A DNA stretch of 64,000 nt from Peptococcia bacterium (GTDB taxonomy: Bacteria; Bacillota; Peptococcia; DRI-13; DTU073). Below the pieces are notes generated by a model. It was not told the origin of the DNA. It did not search any database and worked only from the letters and a program-made list of their open reading frames with translations. Numbering within the stretch: the first letter of the stretch is position 1; each line of letters opens with the position of its first letter. The position numbers were made by a program, and so were the translations under genes. Below, one piece after another: positions 8,883 to 18,038 of the stretch. The stretch spans positions 274,394 to 338,393 of the forward strand of contig JBMNJJ010000002.1 in NCBI GenBank assembly GCA_050951605.1, written 5' to 3'.

Positions 8883-10183
8883 AATGCAAAGAAGTGCAAG
8901 AAAATTTATCGCTTTATTTGGATCATGAATTATCAGCAGAGGAAAGGGTTTTATTACGAAATCATTTAGTTAATTGTTCTATTTGCCAAGGAGAATTGGC
9001 GGCACTTCAGGAAACTATTTCACAGCTTTCTTCCTTGGAGGAAGTAAATCCACCAGCGAGTTTTCGTCGTGAACTTTATACTAAACTGGAAAAAAGTATT
9101 GCTCAAGAGACTGTAAGGAAGAAAAAGGGTTTTTGGGGGGGTGGTTTAATGACTAGCTTTAAGACATGGAAACATCGTACTGTTTTTTTGCCTGTGGCGA
9201 TATCTTTGGTTTTATTAGTTTTACTTGTTCCTGTTTTTCTTGATGAGGTTCGTTTTGATGATAGTAGTAAGCTTACTGAAAAAAGCAGTGAGCCGGAAAT
9301 GATGTTTTATGGTGTTAGTATGGACCAAAATAGTGTGAGCCAAGAGAATGTAGCTAAAAGTATGGCTCCGGAAATGGCAGCGGTTAATTTGGGAAGAGGA
9401 GTAGCTCCGGAGATAATGACTACAACTACAACCGGAAATGTAGTGAAGCAGTCGGTAGAGGAAAGCAAATCTGCAATTAAGCCAATGGAGAGAAAGCTAA
9501 TTAAAAATGCGGAGATACATCTTTTAGCAGATGATTATAATAGTGCTGTGGAATCACTGAAGAGTAAAGTGAGTGCCTTAGATGGCTATATTACTAATGA
9601 AACGGTTAATGTCATTGATTCACGTGGGAGTAAAAGAGGTTATCTTGAGGTTAGGGTTCCTCAACTTAGGTTTGATGAATTTTTTGCAGGGGTAAATAAT
9701 TTAGGTAAACTTAAAAATAGTAATATCTATACCCAAGATGTTACCGAGGAATATATTGATGTAGAAAGTCGTCTAAATGTCATGCGTACTAAGGAAGAAA
9801 GGCTTTTAGCTATTTTGAATCAGTCGGGTGAACTTAGTGATGTTTTGGCTGTAGAAAATGAATTGGCTAATACGCGGGCTCAGTTAGAATCTTTAGAAGG
9901 TAGATTGCGTTATCTTAGTAATCAGACGGAGTTTTCTACGTTTAATCTGACGATTGAACAGGTTGTAGTTTCAACACAACAGGTTTCTGCTAGTGGGTTA
10001 CAAGGAGTGGGAGTTCGAGCTAAAGAAGCTTTTGTGAAGGCAATTAATAATATTGTTTTGGGTATAGGTCTGACTTTAGTTTTTATCAGTGCGGCGATTC
10101 CTTATTTAGTTGTAGTAGCTGTTGTCGTAGGGCTAATATGGCGAATTTGGCGTAGTATGCAAAGAAGAAAAAAGCAGGGTTAA
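8879..10183 (+). CDS. Anti-sigma factor: N-terminal zf-HC2 domain, one TM helix, extracytoplasmic DUF4349-like domain, C-terminal TM anchor
   Basis: H-x3-C-x2-C motif (NHLVNCSICQ) after CKEVQENLSLYLD. It is translationally coupled (ATGA) to the sigma gene. The C-terminal coiled-coil region and terminal TM segment match the DUF4349 architecture. Confidence 0.8.
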   Translation: MKCKEVQENLSLYLDHELSAEERVLLRNHLVNCSICQGELAALQETISQLSSLEEVNPPASFRRELYTKLEKSIAQETVRKKKGFWGGGLMTSFKTWKHRTVFLPVAISLVLLVLLVPVFLDEVRFDDSSKLTEKSSEPEMMFYGVSMDQNSVSQENVAKSMAPEMAAVNLGRGVAPEIMTTTTTGNVVKQSVEESKSAIKPMERKLIKNAEIHLLADDYNSAVESLKSKVSALDGYITNETVNVIDSRGSKRGYLEVRVPQLRFDEFFAGVNNLGKLKNSNIYTQDVTEEYIDVESRLNVMRTKEERLLAILNQSGELSDVLAVENELANTRAQLESLEGRLRYLSNQTEFSTFNLTIEQVVVSTQQVSASGLQGVGVRAKEAFVKAINNIVLGIGLTLVFISAAIPYLVVVAVVVGLIWRIWRSMQRRKKQG

Positions 10184-10213
10184 GAAGTAGAGACGAACAA
10201 ATAGGAATTCAAA

Positions 10214-10250
10214 CGGTGTACAAGATATTTCTCTTGTGCACCGAATTTTT
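10214..10250 (+). terminator. Rho-independent terminator after the anti-sigma gene
   Basis: Stem CGGTGTACAAGA / TCTTGTGCACCG (one G.U), loop TATTTC, then AATTTTTA. Confidence 0.6.
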
Positions 10251-10370
10251 ATATAGTATTTTTATAATTAATGCAGGAAAAACAAGGCTAATAGGATAAG
10301 GTATACTAGTATGGAAAATTATTAATGAATAATGATAAAAATAGAACGTATAAAAATTGGGGTGAATAAT

Positions 10371-13025
10371 TTGTCGGATAAATTTGTAATTATTGACGGG
10401 AATAGCTTAGCACACAGAGCTTTTTATGCTCTTCCTCTGCTTTCGAATTCGCAAGGTTTTGTCACCAATGCTATTTTTGGTTTTTATAAGATGTTGGCTA
10501 AGGTAATTGAGGATGAAAAACCGACTTATTTGGCGGTAGCTTTTGATAAGGGGAAAACAGTTTTTCGGCATCAGTATTATGCTGATTATAAAGGGACAAG
10601 AAAAGGCACACCAGAGGAGCTTAAACCTCAATTTTCCGTGATAAAGGACTTATTAAAGGCGATGAAGATTGCTTTTTTTGAAATTGAGGGTTATGAAGCT
10701 GATGATATTATAGGGACTTTAGTTAAGGAGGGAGAAAAGGCAGGATTAGTTAATCTTATTGTCACCGGAGATCGAGATGCTTGGCAGTTAATTTCACCTC
10801 AAACTAAAGTGCTATTGACTCGTAAAGGAATTAGCGAATTAGAAATTTACGACGTTCAGGCTTTGGCAGAAAAATATGGGCTAAAACCTAAGCAGGTAAT
10901 TGATGTAAAGAGTTTAATGGGTGATTCAGCTGATAATATTCCCGGTATTCCCGGAGTAGGCGAAAAGACAGCACTTAAATTAATTAGGAAATATGAAAAT
11001 TTAGAAAACGTTTTGGCTCATCAAGAGGACTTTCAAGGCAAAAAACTAGGGGAATCTTTAGTTAATTATGGTCAGCAAGCTCTTTTGAGTAAAAAACTAG
11101 CGACAATTGTGTCTGCTGTTCCTTTGCCCATAGATTTAAAACAATGTCAAAAAGAAGAACCTGATTATTCACATTTTCTTGCTTTATTAGAAAAACTAGA
11201 GTTTAAAAGTATTTTACAAAGTATTATGCAGGAGAGGGGAGATTCTAAAGAGTATCCGACTGGAGGTGGTTTCTCTGTTTCTTCTTCTCTCACGCTTACT
11301 AATCAAAAGGATCTTGTGGATTATCTTTCGCGATGTAACGATAATTTAGTTCTTTATTTAGAAACAGTTAAGAAGGGACCGCGTGATTTGCAAATTATTG
11401 CTTTAGGGATAAAACTTCCGGAACAAGAAGTAGCTCTTTGTGCTTGGCAGAAAGAGGAAGAGTTAAGTACTTATTTGCAAGTATTAAAACCATATTTAGA
11501 AGATGAAAAAATTAAAAAAACTGTCTATGATGCTAAAACTGTAATGTTAGCGTTAGCTTTTTATGAGATTAAACCTCAAGGGGTAGTAAAGGATATTTTG
11601 CTGATGGCTTATCTTTTAAATCCTTCGCGTTCTAAAAATGACTTACTTTCTTTAGTACAAGAAAAGTGTGGCTGTTTGGTACTTCCGGAAGGAGAGGAGC
11701 AAGTTCCCTTTTATGTGGAGGCTTTAGAAAAATTAGGGGAAAGTTTATCAGCGGAATTAGCTCAGCAAGAGATGTTAGGCTTATATCAAGATGTAGAATT
11801 ACCTTTAGTTGCTGTGTTGGCTGAAATGGAAAAGACAGGGGTTAAATTAGACCTGACAATTTTAGAAAAGATAGGAGAGGATCTTAATAGTTGGATTGTC
11901 CGTCTTACGGAGGATATTTATCGTTTAGCAGGTGAGGAGTTTAATATTAATTCACCTAAACAGCTGGGGATAATTCTTTTTGAAAAATTAGGTTTACCCC
12001 CAAGCAAAAAGACAAAAACCGGTTATTCTACTAATGCCGAAGTACTGGAAAATTTAGCACTTGAGCATGAGATTGCTGCAAAAATTCTTTTTTATCGGCA
12101 GATGGTGAAATTGAAGAGCACCTATATTGATGGTTTGAGTGCTTTGACTGAGCCACATACTTCGCGAGTATATACTAGTTTTAATCAAACGGTAACAGCA
12201 ACAGGACGTCTTTCCAGCACTGAACCTAATTTACAAAATATCCCCATCCGCATGGAAGAGGGGCGGCAAATTCGGCGGGCTTTTTTACCGTCGCCCGGGA
12301 AGTTACTTCTTTCGGCTGATTATTCGCAAATTGAATTGCGAGTTTTAGCTCATGTTGCTCGGGATGAAGTAATGATTGAGGCTTTTAATAAAGACCAGGA
12401 CATTCATTTGCGGACTGCGGCAGAGGTGTTTGATGTACCGCTGGAAAAGGTAACAAAAGAGATGCGGCAAGCGGCTAAAGCAGTAAATTTTGGGATCGTC
12501 TACGGTATAAGTGATTTTGGGTTAAGTCGTGATTTGGGTATAGCTCGTTCTGAAGCTAAACAGTATATTGATAAATATTTCACTCGTTATTATGGGGTGC
12601 GAGATTATTTAAGGAGGACAATTGCGGAGGCTAAGAAAAAGGGTTATGTGACGACATTATTAAAGAGACGTCGTTATCTTCCGGACCTTCGGAGTCGTAA
12701 TTACCATGTAAGGAGTTTTGCGGAACGAGCAGCAATGAATACTCCTATTCAGGGGAGTGCCGCTGATATCATTAAATTAGCTATGCTTAAACTTTATCAG
12801 GTATTGCAAGAAGGTAAATGGGGAGAAACAAAGATAATTTTACAGGTGCATGATGAATTAATCCTTGATGTGCCGAAGGAAAGGGTAGCTGAAGTAGGTT
12901 CTTTGGTTAAAGAAATTATGAGTAATGCTTATCCTCTTACTGTTCCTTTGCAAGTAGATTTACAGGTAGGACCTAATTGGTATGATCTTGAAAAGTTAGG
13001 TGAAGAAAATGCCGGAATTACCTGA
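10371..13025 (+). CDS. polA: DNA polymerase I
   Basis: 5'-nuclease N-terminus (FVIIDGNSLAHRAFYAL) and polymerase motifs DYSQIELRVLAH and QVHDELI. I prefer the TTG at 10371 (RBS GGGGTGA 5 nt upstream). The listed ORF opens at ATG 10332. Confidence 0.93.
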   Translation: MSDKFVIIDGNSLAHRAFYALPLLSNSQGFVTNAIFGFYKMLAKVIEDEKPTYLAVAFDKGKTVFRHQYYADYKGTRKGTPEELKPQFSVIKDLLKAMKIAFFEIEGYEADDIIGTLVKEGEKAGLVNLIVTGDRDAWQLISPQTKVLLTRKGISELEIYDVQALAEKYGLKPKQVIDVKSLMGDSADNIPGIPGVGEKTALKLIRKYENLENVLAHQEDFQGKKLGESLVNYGQQALLSKKLATIVSAVPLPIDLKQCQKEEPDYSHFLALLEKLEFKSILQSIMQERGDSKEYPTGGGFSVSSSLTLTNQKDLVDYLSRCNDNLVLYLETVKKGPRDLQIIALGIKLPEQEVALCAWQKEEELSTYLQVLKPYLEDEKIKKTVYDAKTVMLALAFYEIKPQGVVKDILLMAYLLNPSRSKNDLLSLVQEKCGCLVLPEGEEQVPFYVEALEKLGESLSAELAQQEMLGLYQDVELPLVAVLAEMEKTGVKLDLTILEKIGEDLNSWIVRLTEDIYRLAGEEFNINSPKQLGIILFEKLGLPPSKKTKTGYSTNAEVLENLALEHEIAAKILFYRQMVKLKSTYIDGLSALTEPHTSRVYTSFNQTVTATGRLSSTEPNLQNIPIRMEEGRQIRRAFLPSPGKLLLSADYSQIELRVLAHVARDEVMIEAFNKDQDIHLRTAAEVFDVPLEKVTKEMRQAAKAVNFGIVYGISDFGLSRDLGIARSEAKQYIDKYFTRYYGVRDYLRRTIAEAKKKGYVTTLLKRRRYLPDLRSRNYHVRSFAERAAMNTPIQGSAADIIKLAMLKLYQVLQEGKWGETKIILQVHDELILDVPKERVAEVGSLVKEIMSNAYPLTVPLQVDLQVGPNWYDLEKLGEENAGIT

Positions 13026-13839
13026 AGTAGAGACTGTGAAAAGAAGTTTAGCACCATGTCTTAAAGGTAAAAAGATCGAAAATGTAAAAATATTTTTTGA
13101 TGGGATTATTAAATATCCAACTTCTACTTTGTTTAGAGAAACAATTATAGGAAGAACGATTGTTGATTTAGAAAGAAGAGGGAAGTATCTTCTTTTTGTG
13201 CTGGATAAAAGTTTTACTTTGGTGATTCATTTGCGGATGACGGGGCAATTAACTGTGTGTAGTCAAAGTCTTCCTATAAATAAACATACGCATTTAATTT
13301 TTTCTCTTTCTTCAAAACAAGAGTTGCGCTTTACTGATATACGAAAATTTGGGCTTGTTTATCTCGTTCCCACAGGTGATTGGAAATGTATTAAGGGGTT
13401 ATGGAATCTTGGTTATGAACCTTTAGGGGAAGATTTTACCTTGCAAGTTTTTACGGAATTATTAAAAGGAAAGAAAGGAAAGTTAAAGTCTTTTTTATTA
13501 GATCAAAGTAAAATTGCCGGAATTGGTAATATTTATGCTGATGAAATTCTTTTTCAAGCAGGGCTACACCCCGAACGGACTATAAAAACATTAAAGACAG
13601 CTGAAGTTAAAAAATTATACCAAGCGATTAGGTTAACGTTAGAGGAAGCAGTTATTTATCGTGGTACTTCTTTACGGGATTATGTGGATGGACACGGTGA
13701 AAAAGGTGGTTTTCAAGAACGGTTACAGGTGTATGGTCGTAGAGGAGAGCCTTGTTATAGATGTCAAACACCTTTGGAGAGAATAGTTGTAGCGGGTCGC
13801 GGAACGGTATTTTGCCCACGCTGTCAAGGTAAGCAATAG
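13009..13839 (+). CDS. mutM: Formamidopyrimidine-DNA glycosylase
   Basis: The MPELPEVE N-terminus (catalytic Pro2) fixes the start at 13009. A C-terminal zinc finger CYRC...CPRC is present. It overlaps the polA end. Confidence 0.9.
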   Translation: MPELPEVETVKRSLAPCLKGKKIENVKIFFDGIIKYPTSTLFRETIIGRTIVDLERRGKYLLFVLDKSFTLVIHLRMTGQLTVCSQSLPINKHTHLIFSLSSKQELRFTDIRKFGLVYLVPTGDWKCIKGLWNLGYEPLGEDFTLQVFTELLKGKKGKLKSFLLDQSKIAGIGNIYADEILFQAGLHPERTIKTLKTAEVKKLYQAIRLTLEEAVIYRGTSLRDYVDGHGEKGGFQERLQVYGRRGEPCYRCQTPLERIVVAGRGTVFCPRCQGKQ

Positions 13840-13940
13840 TGAAGCTAGGTATACTTTGTTTCATTCGAAAGTTGGGGCTTGTCATTAGATTTGTAAATGG
13901 GTATGATAGAAATAATCTTGTGGAAAGGGGCTTGGGATAG

Positions 13941-14558
13941 GTGCTTGTTGTTGGTTTGACTGGGGGGATTGCCTCTGGCAAAAGCACGGTGTCTTGTTAT
14001 TTACGAGAATTAGGTGCGAAAATTATTGATGCTGATGTTTTAGCTCGAGAATTAGTTCTTCCGCATAGCCCTGCTTGGCAAGAGATAGTTAATCATTTTG
14101 GTGCTGAAATTCTTACTAAAGATGGTTTTTTGCAAAGGAAAAAGTTAGGGGAGATTATTTTTCAATCTCCTACGGAAAGAAAAGTATTAAATAAGATTTT
14201 ACATCCTAAAATTAAGGATAAAACTATTGAATTAATTAAGTTATTCCGTCAAAAAAAAGACTTTCCTCTTTTAGTTATTGATGCCCCTCTTTTAATTGAG
14301 GCGGAGATGACGGAAATGGTTGATGAAGTTTGGGTTGTAGCTATCCCTGAAGAATTGCAGTTACAGCGTTTAAAGGCGAGAGATAATTTATCTACACTTG
14401 AAGCTCAAAAAAGAATAGCCACTCAGATGTCCTTACAGGAAAAATTAAAATTTGCTTCTAGGGTAATTGATAATAGTGGTTCAAGAGAAGAAACTAGAAG
14501 AAAAGTTTTTATTTTATGGAAACAGATAATATTAAATAAAAGCACTGAAATTCCATAA
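13941..14558 (+). CDS. coaE: Dephospho-CoA kinase
   Basis: VVGLTGGIASGKST P-loop at the N-terminus, about 200 aa, in the conserved polA-mutM-coaE order. GTG start. Confidence 0.88.
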   Translation: MLVVGLTGGIASGKSTVSCYLRELGAKIIDADVLARELVLPHSPAWQEIVNHFGAEILTKDGFLQRKKLGEIIFQSPTERKVLNKILHPKIKDKTIELIKLFRQKKDFPLLVIDAPLLIEAEMTEMVDEVWVVAIPEELQLQRLKARDNLSTLEAQKRIATQMSLQEKLKFASRVIDNSGSREETRRKVFILWKQIILNKSTEIP

Positions 14559-14628
14559 CTTTTAGCATAAAATAAGATTACAGGTCATAAGATTATTGTT
14601 ATTATAAACTTTTTGGGGAGGAACGGGA

Positions 14629-15192
14629 TTGTGGTATAAGTTCTTGAAAAAAATTGCTTTGCTCCTCCTGTTAGGCTTTATCTGTATTCTTTTGTTTACT
14701 AGTTCTTGGTTTTTGCAGCGATTTTTCCCTTATCCCCACCAAGAATTAATTAGAGAAAATTGTTATACATATGAGGTAGATCCTTATCTTGTTTTAGCAA
14801 TTATAAAAACTGAAAGTCGTTTCTATTCTCGTGCTTATTCTCGAGTGGGAGCGATAGGTTTAATGCAGATTATGCCGGAGACTGGGAAGTGGATCGCTCA
14901 GCAAATGGGGCTGGAGGATTTTGAGGAAGTTAAACTTTTTGAGCCGAGATATAATATACCTATGGGTATTTGGTATCTTGCATATCTTTATGAAGGTTTT
15001 GACAAAAACACAGTGAAAGCATTGGCTGCTTATAATGCGGGTACAACTAAGGTAAAAAAGTGGTTAAGAGAAGGACTTTGGACAGGAGAATTACAAGACC
15101 TTGAACAAATTCCTTATCAGGAAACCAGAAAGTATGTAAATCGTGTTTTGTTTAATTATCAAGTATATAAATATATTTATCAAAAAAGCTAA
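14629..15192 (+). CDS. Lytic transglycosylase (SLT domain) with N-terminal membrane anchor
   Basis: Catalytic context AIIKTESRF, plus GLMQIMPETG and AYNAG motifs. N-terminal TM helix. TTG start with RBS GGGGAGG. Confidence 0.82.
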   Translation: MWYKFLKKIALLLLLGFICILLFTSSWFLQRFFPYPHQELIRENCYTYEVDPYLVLAIIKTESRFYSRAYSRVGAIGLMQIMPETGKWIAQQMGLEDFEEVKLFEPRYNIPMGIWYLAYLYEGFDKNTVKALAAYNAGTTKVKKWLREGLWTGELQDLEQIPYQETRKYVNRVLFNYQVYKYIYQKS

Positions 15193-15244
15193 AAATGTAG
15201 TGTAGATAATTGTTAGTACTTAAACAAATAACGGGAGGAAGAAA

Positions 15245-16282
15245 ATGGAAGAAAAATTAATGACATTGGCACAGGTGAATGCTTTTCAACCGAGTAAGGA
15301 AAGAAAATTATTTTCGGCACAACATGAAGAGATTATTCAAGGCGCAACTACTGATGTTTATTTTGTGAAGACGCAGGAAATTTTGGAAAAGTGTGGTTTA
15401 AATGAGACGGTGATTACTGCGGAAATTTTTGCTCGTCGGGGAGGGATATTGGCAGGCGTTCCTGAAGTATTAGGGCTTTTTGCAAATAGTCCGGTAGAAA
15501 TATGTTCTTTACAGGAAGGACAAGCATTTTCTCCTAAAGAGGTAGTGATGCAAATACGAGGAAAATATAGTGATATTGGGATCTATGAAACACCTTTATT
15601 AGGAATTTTGGCTAGTTCTAGTGGTTGGGCTAGTGCGGCGAAGGAAGCAAAGGAAGCAGCAGGTGAAAAGTCAGTGTTATGTTTTGGGGCAAGGCATGTT
15701 CATCCTGCGGTAGCTCCTGTGATGGAGAGAGCAGCTGTGATTGGTGGGGCTGATGGGGCTAGTTGTATTCTTGGAGCAAAATTGCTTAGTAGAGAACCGG
15801 CCGGTACTGTTCCCCATGCTGTATTTTTAATTATGGGGGATTCGGTGAAGGTGGCGAAGGCTTATCATGAAATTATGCCTTCCGGTGAACCGCGAACTGT
15901 TTTGGTAGATACTTTTAAAGATGAAGCTGAAGAAGCTTTGAGAGTAGCGGAAGCTTTAGGTTCTAATTTACAGGGAATCCGCTTAGATACACCTAGTGAA
16001 CGGGGCGGAGTTACACCAGAATTGGTTAAGGAAATACGGGGACGTTTAAGTCAAAAAGGTTTTTCTCATGTACAGATTTTTGTTTCCGGTGGCTTGACTC
16101 CGGAAAAAATTAGTTTACTTAAAGATGCCGGTGCTGATGCTTTTGGTGTAGGGAGCTATATTTCAGCTGCTGCTCCTATTGATATGACTATGGATATTAA
16201 AGAAGTAGCAGGTAAACCTGTGGCTAAACGTGGTCGAATTCCCGGTCTTAGACCTAATGATCGTTTGTGTAAAATGAAATAA
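15245..16282 (+). CDS. Nicotinate phosphoribosyltransferase (short, archaeal/clostridial type)
   Basis: 345 aa of the type II phosphoribosyltransferase fold family. The segments TDVYFVKT..., GARHVHP, and IRLDTPSERGG / FVSGGL are typical of the short NaPRTase/QPRTase-like group. Confidence 0.75.
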   Translation: MEEKLMTLAQVNAFQPSKERKLFSAQHEEIIQGATTDVYFVKTQEILEKCGLNETVITAEIFARRGGILAGVPEVLGLFANSPVEICSLQEGQAFSPKEVVMQIRGKYSDIGIYETPLLGILASSSGWASAAKEAKEAAGEKSVLCFGARHVHPAVAPVMERAAVIGGADGASCILGAKLLSREPAGTVPHAVFLIMGDSVKVAKAYHEIMPSGEPRTVLVDTFKDEAEEALRVAEALGSNLQGIRLDTPSERGGVTPELVKEIRGRLSQKGFSHVQIFVSGGLTPEKISLLKDAGADAFGVGSYISAAAPIDMTMDIKEVAGKPVAKRGRIPGLRPNDRLCKMK

Positions 16283-16287
16283 AGATC

Positions 16288-16314
16288 AAAAAACCACCTT
16301 AAGGTGGTTTTTTA
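16288..16314 (+). terminator. Rho-independent terminator
   Basis: AAACCACC-TTAA-GGTGGTTT followed by TTT. Confidence 0.8.
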
Positions 16315-16317
16315 GTC

Positions 16318-16346
16318 TTGACAAAAGAATAAATTGGAATTAAGAT
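16318..16346 (+). promoter_or_regulatory. Sigma-A-type promoter of the tetR-efflux operon
   Basis: TTGACA (16318-16323), 17-nt spacer, TAAGAT (16341-16346). Confidence 0.65.
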
Positions 16347-16347
16347 G

Positions 16348-16369
16348 TAAGTAACTAGTTGGTTACTTA
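16348..16369. promoter_or_regulatory. Palindromic operator 1 (TAAGTAAC-N6-GTTACTTA), putative TetR-family site
   Basis: Perfect 8-bp inverted repeat immediately downstream of the -10 element. Its core AGTAAC-N5-GGTTACT is repeated at 16995-17012. Confidence 0.6.
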
Positions 16370-16381
16370 GAGGGGATAATA

Positions 16382-16981
16382 ATGCAAACAAGAAATCCGG
16401 ATGTGACAAAAAGGAATATTCTTTTAGCTGCGGAAGGGGAATTTGCAAAATTTGGTTTACATGGAGCCAGAATCAATCGCATTGCAGAAAAGTCAAAAGC
16501 AAACAAACGGATGATTTATCATTATTATGGTTCTAAAGAGAAATTGTATGAACGTGTTTTAGAATATAATTTTAAAAAATTGGCTCGTTTAGGAAGCCAT
16601 GAATTATTTTTAGGAGAAAAAGCAGAAACAGCAATTAGGGAGATTATTACTAGGTATTATAATTTTTTAGAAGAAAACCCTAATTTTGTAAAGATCATTG
16701 CGTGGGAAGAGGTTTTTACCAGTTCTTATAATAAGAAAACACTTTTTGAAACTTTAGCTCCGGCTTTTTATCAGATTTACGACTTTTATAAAAAAGGTTG
16801 TGAAGCGGGGACTTTTCGTAAAAACATTGATGTGGCCCAATTAATAATTAGTACTCATGCGATGAGTTTAATTAGTTTTACACAATGGGATATTCTTTCT
16901 GACCTTGACCCTCAAAATACTAAAGAAAAACGTTTAAAACATATTTGTGAGGTGGTGTTAAGAGCAATTAGAGTAGGATAA
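16382..16981 (+). CDS. TetR/AcrR-family transcriptional regulator
   Basis: N-terminal HTH (ILLAAEGEFAKFGLHGARINRIAEKSKANKRMIYHYYGSKEKLY), about 200 aa. Confidence 0.9.
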   Translation: MQTRNPDVTKRNILLAAEGEFAKFGLHGARINRIAEKSKANKRMIYHYYGSKEKLYERVLEYNFKKLARLGSHELFLGEKAETAIREIITRYYNFLEENPNFVKIIAWEEVFTSSYNKKTLFETLAPAFYQIYDFYKKGCEAGTFRKNIDVAQLIISTHAMSLISFTQWDILSDLDPQNTKEKRLKHICEVVLRAIRVG

Positions 16982-16994
16982 AATTATGTCCATG

Positions 16995-17012
16995 AGTAAC
17001 CGAATGGTTACT
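16995..17012. promoter_or_regulatory. Palindromic operator 2 (AGTAACC-GAAT-GGTTACT)
   Basis: Same half-sites as operator 1. It lies between the tetR stop (16981) and the HlyD-family start (17043). Confidence 0.55.
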
Positions 17013-17042
17013 AAAAAAATGATGATTTGAGGAGGTAAAATA

Positions 17043-18014
17043 ATGGGTAAAATCAAAAAAAATTTTCTAATAGGAATGATACTAATATCACTTTTGGCTA
17101 TTTCCGGTTGTGCTAAAACAGCAAATTCCGTAGAACAAAAGGAAACTACCATCTTAGGTACTGTAGAGGCAAACGAAGTTAAGATAGCTTCTAAAGTTCC
17201 CGGTAGAATTGCCGAGGTTTTAGTAAAAGAGGGGGAAGAGGTTAAGACTGGACAAATTTTGTTGAAGTTGGAAACAATAGAATTAGAGGCCAAAAAGAAG
17301 CAGGCTGAAGGAGCTTTATTAGCTGCCCAGGCTGTTTATAATAAAGCTAAAAACGGGGCTAGACCGCAAGAAATTCAATTAGCGAAAGCAAATGTGCAAA
17401 TGGCGGAAGCTAAGGCTCAACTTTTAGAGGATACATATCAAAGGCTAAAAAATTTGCATGAGGCCGGAGCTTATACAACACAAGAATTACAGAAAACAGA
17501 AACAGAGCTTATTGCTGCTAAAGCTCAAGCGGAACAAGCGAATGAACAATTGAACCTGATTTTAGAAGGGGCAAGGGAAGAAGATGTTTTGGCGGCTCAA
17601 GCAAATGTTCTTCGTGCACAGGGAGCTTTAGAGGAAATTAATAATGCTTTAGCCGAAGCTATTATTAAAGCACCTAGTGAGGGCACGGTAAATACGGTAG
17701 TCCATTATGAAGGAGAGCTTATTGCTACGGGGACGCCGCTATTTTCACTTACTAATTATAATGATATGTGGGTGGAATTAAATCTTAAAGATCGAGAAAT
17801 CACTGAGATGCAAATAGGAAACAAGGTACAGATAGAATTTGCCGGGAATGTTTCTCCGGGGACTGTGACTAATATTAATCGTAACCCTGATTTTGCCGTA
17901 ATTAAATCTACAAATGAGATGACAGAAAAAGATGTAATGACTTATTTAGTAAAGGTAAAATTATTAGAACCAAAATCTTTCTTTCCGGGGATGAGGGTTA
18001 ACGTTACATTTTAA
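17043..18014 (+). CDS. HlyD-family periplasmic adaptor / membrane-fusion lipoprotein
   Basis: Lipobox LLAISGC. Lipoyl-like segment (KVPGRIAEVLVKEGEEVKTGQILLKLE), long coiled coil, and C-terminal beta-barrel segment. Confidence 0.85.
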   Translation: MGKIKKNFLIGMILISLLAISGCAKTANSVEQKETTILGTVEANEVKIASKVPGRIAEVLVKEGEEVKTGQILLKLETIELEAKKKQAEGALLAAQAVYNKAKNGARPQEIQLAKANVQMAEAKAQLLEDTYQRLKNLHEAGAYTTQELQKTETELIAAKAQAEQANEQLNLILEGAREEDVLAAQANVLRAQGALEEINNALAEAIIKAPSEGTVNTVVHYEGELIATGTPLFSLTNYNDMWVELNLKDREITEMQIGNKVQIEFAGNVSPGTVTNINRNPDFAVIKSTNEMTEKDVMTYLVKVKLLEPKSFFPGMRVNVTF

Positions 18015-18038
18015 AAAGGCAGGAAGGGATCAGAAGTT

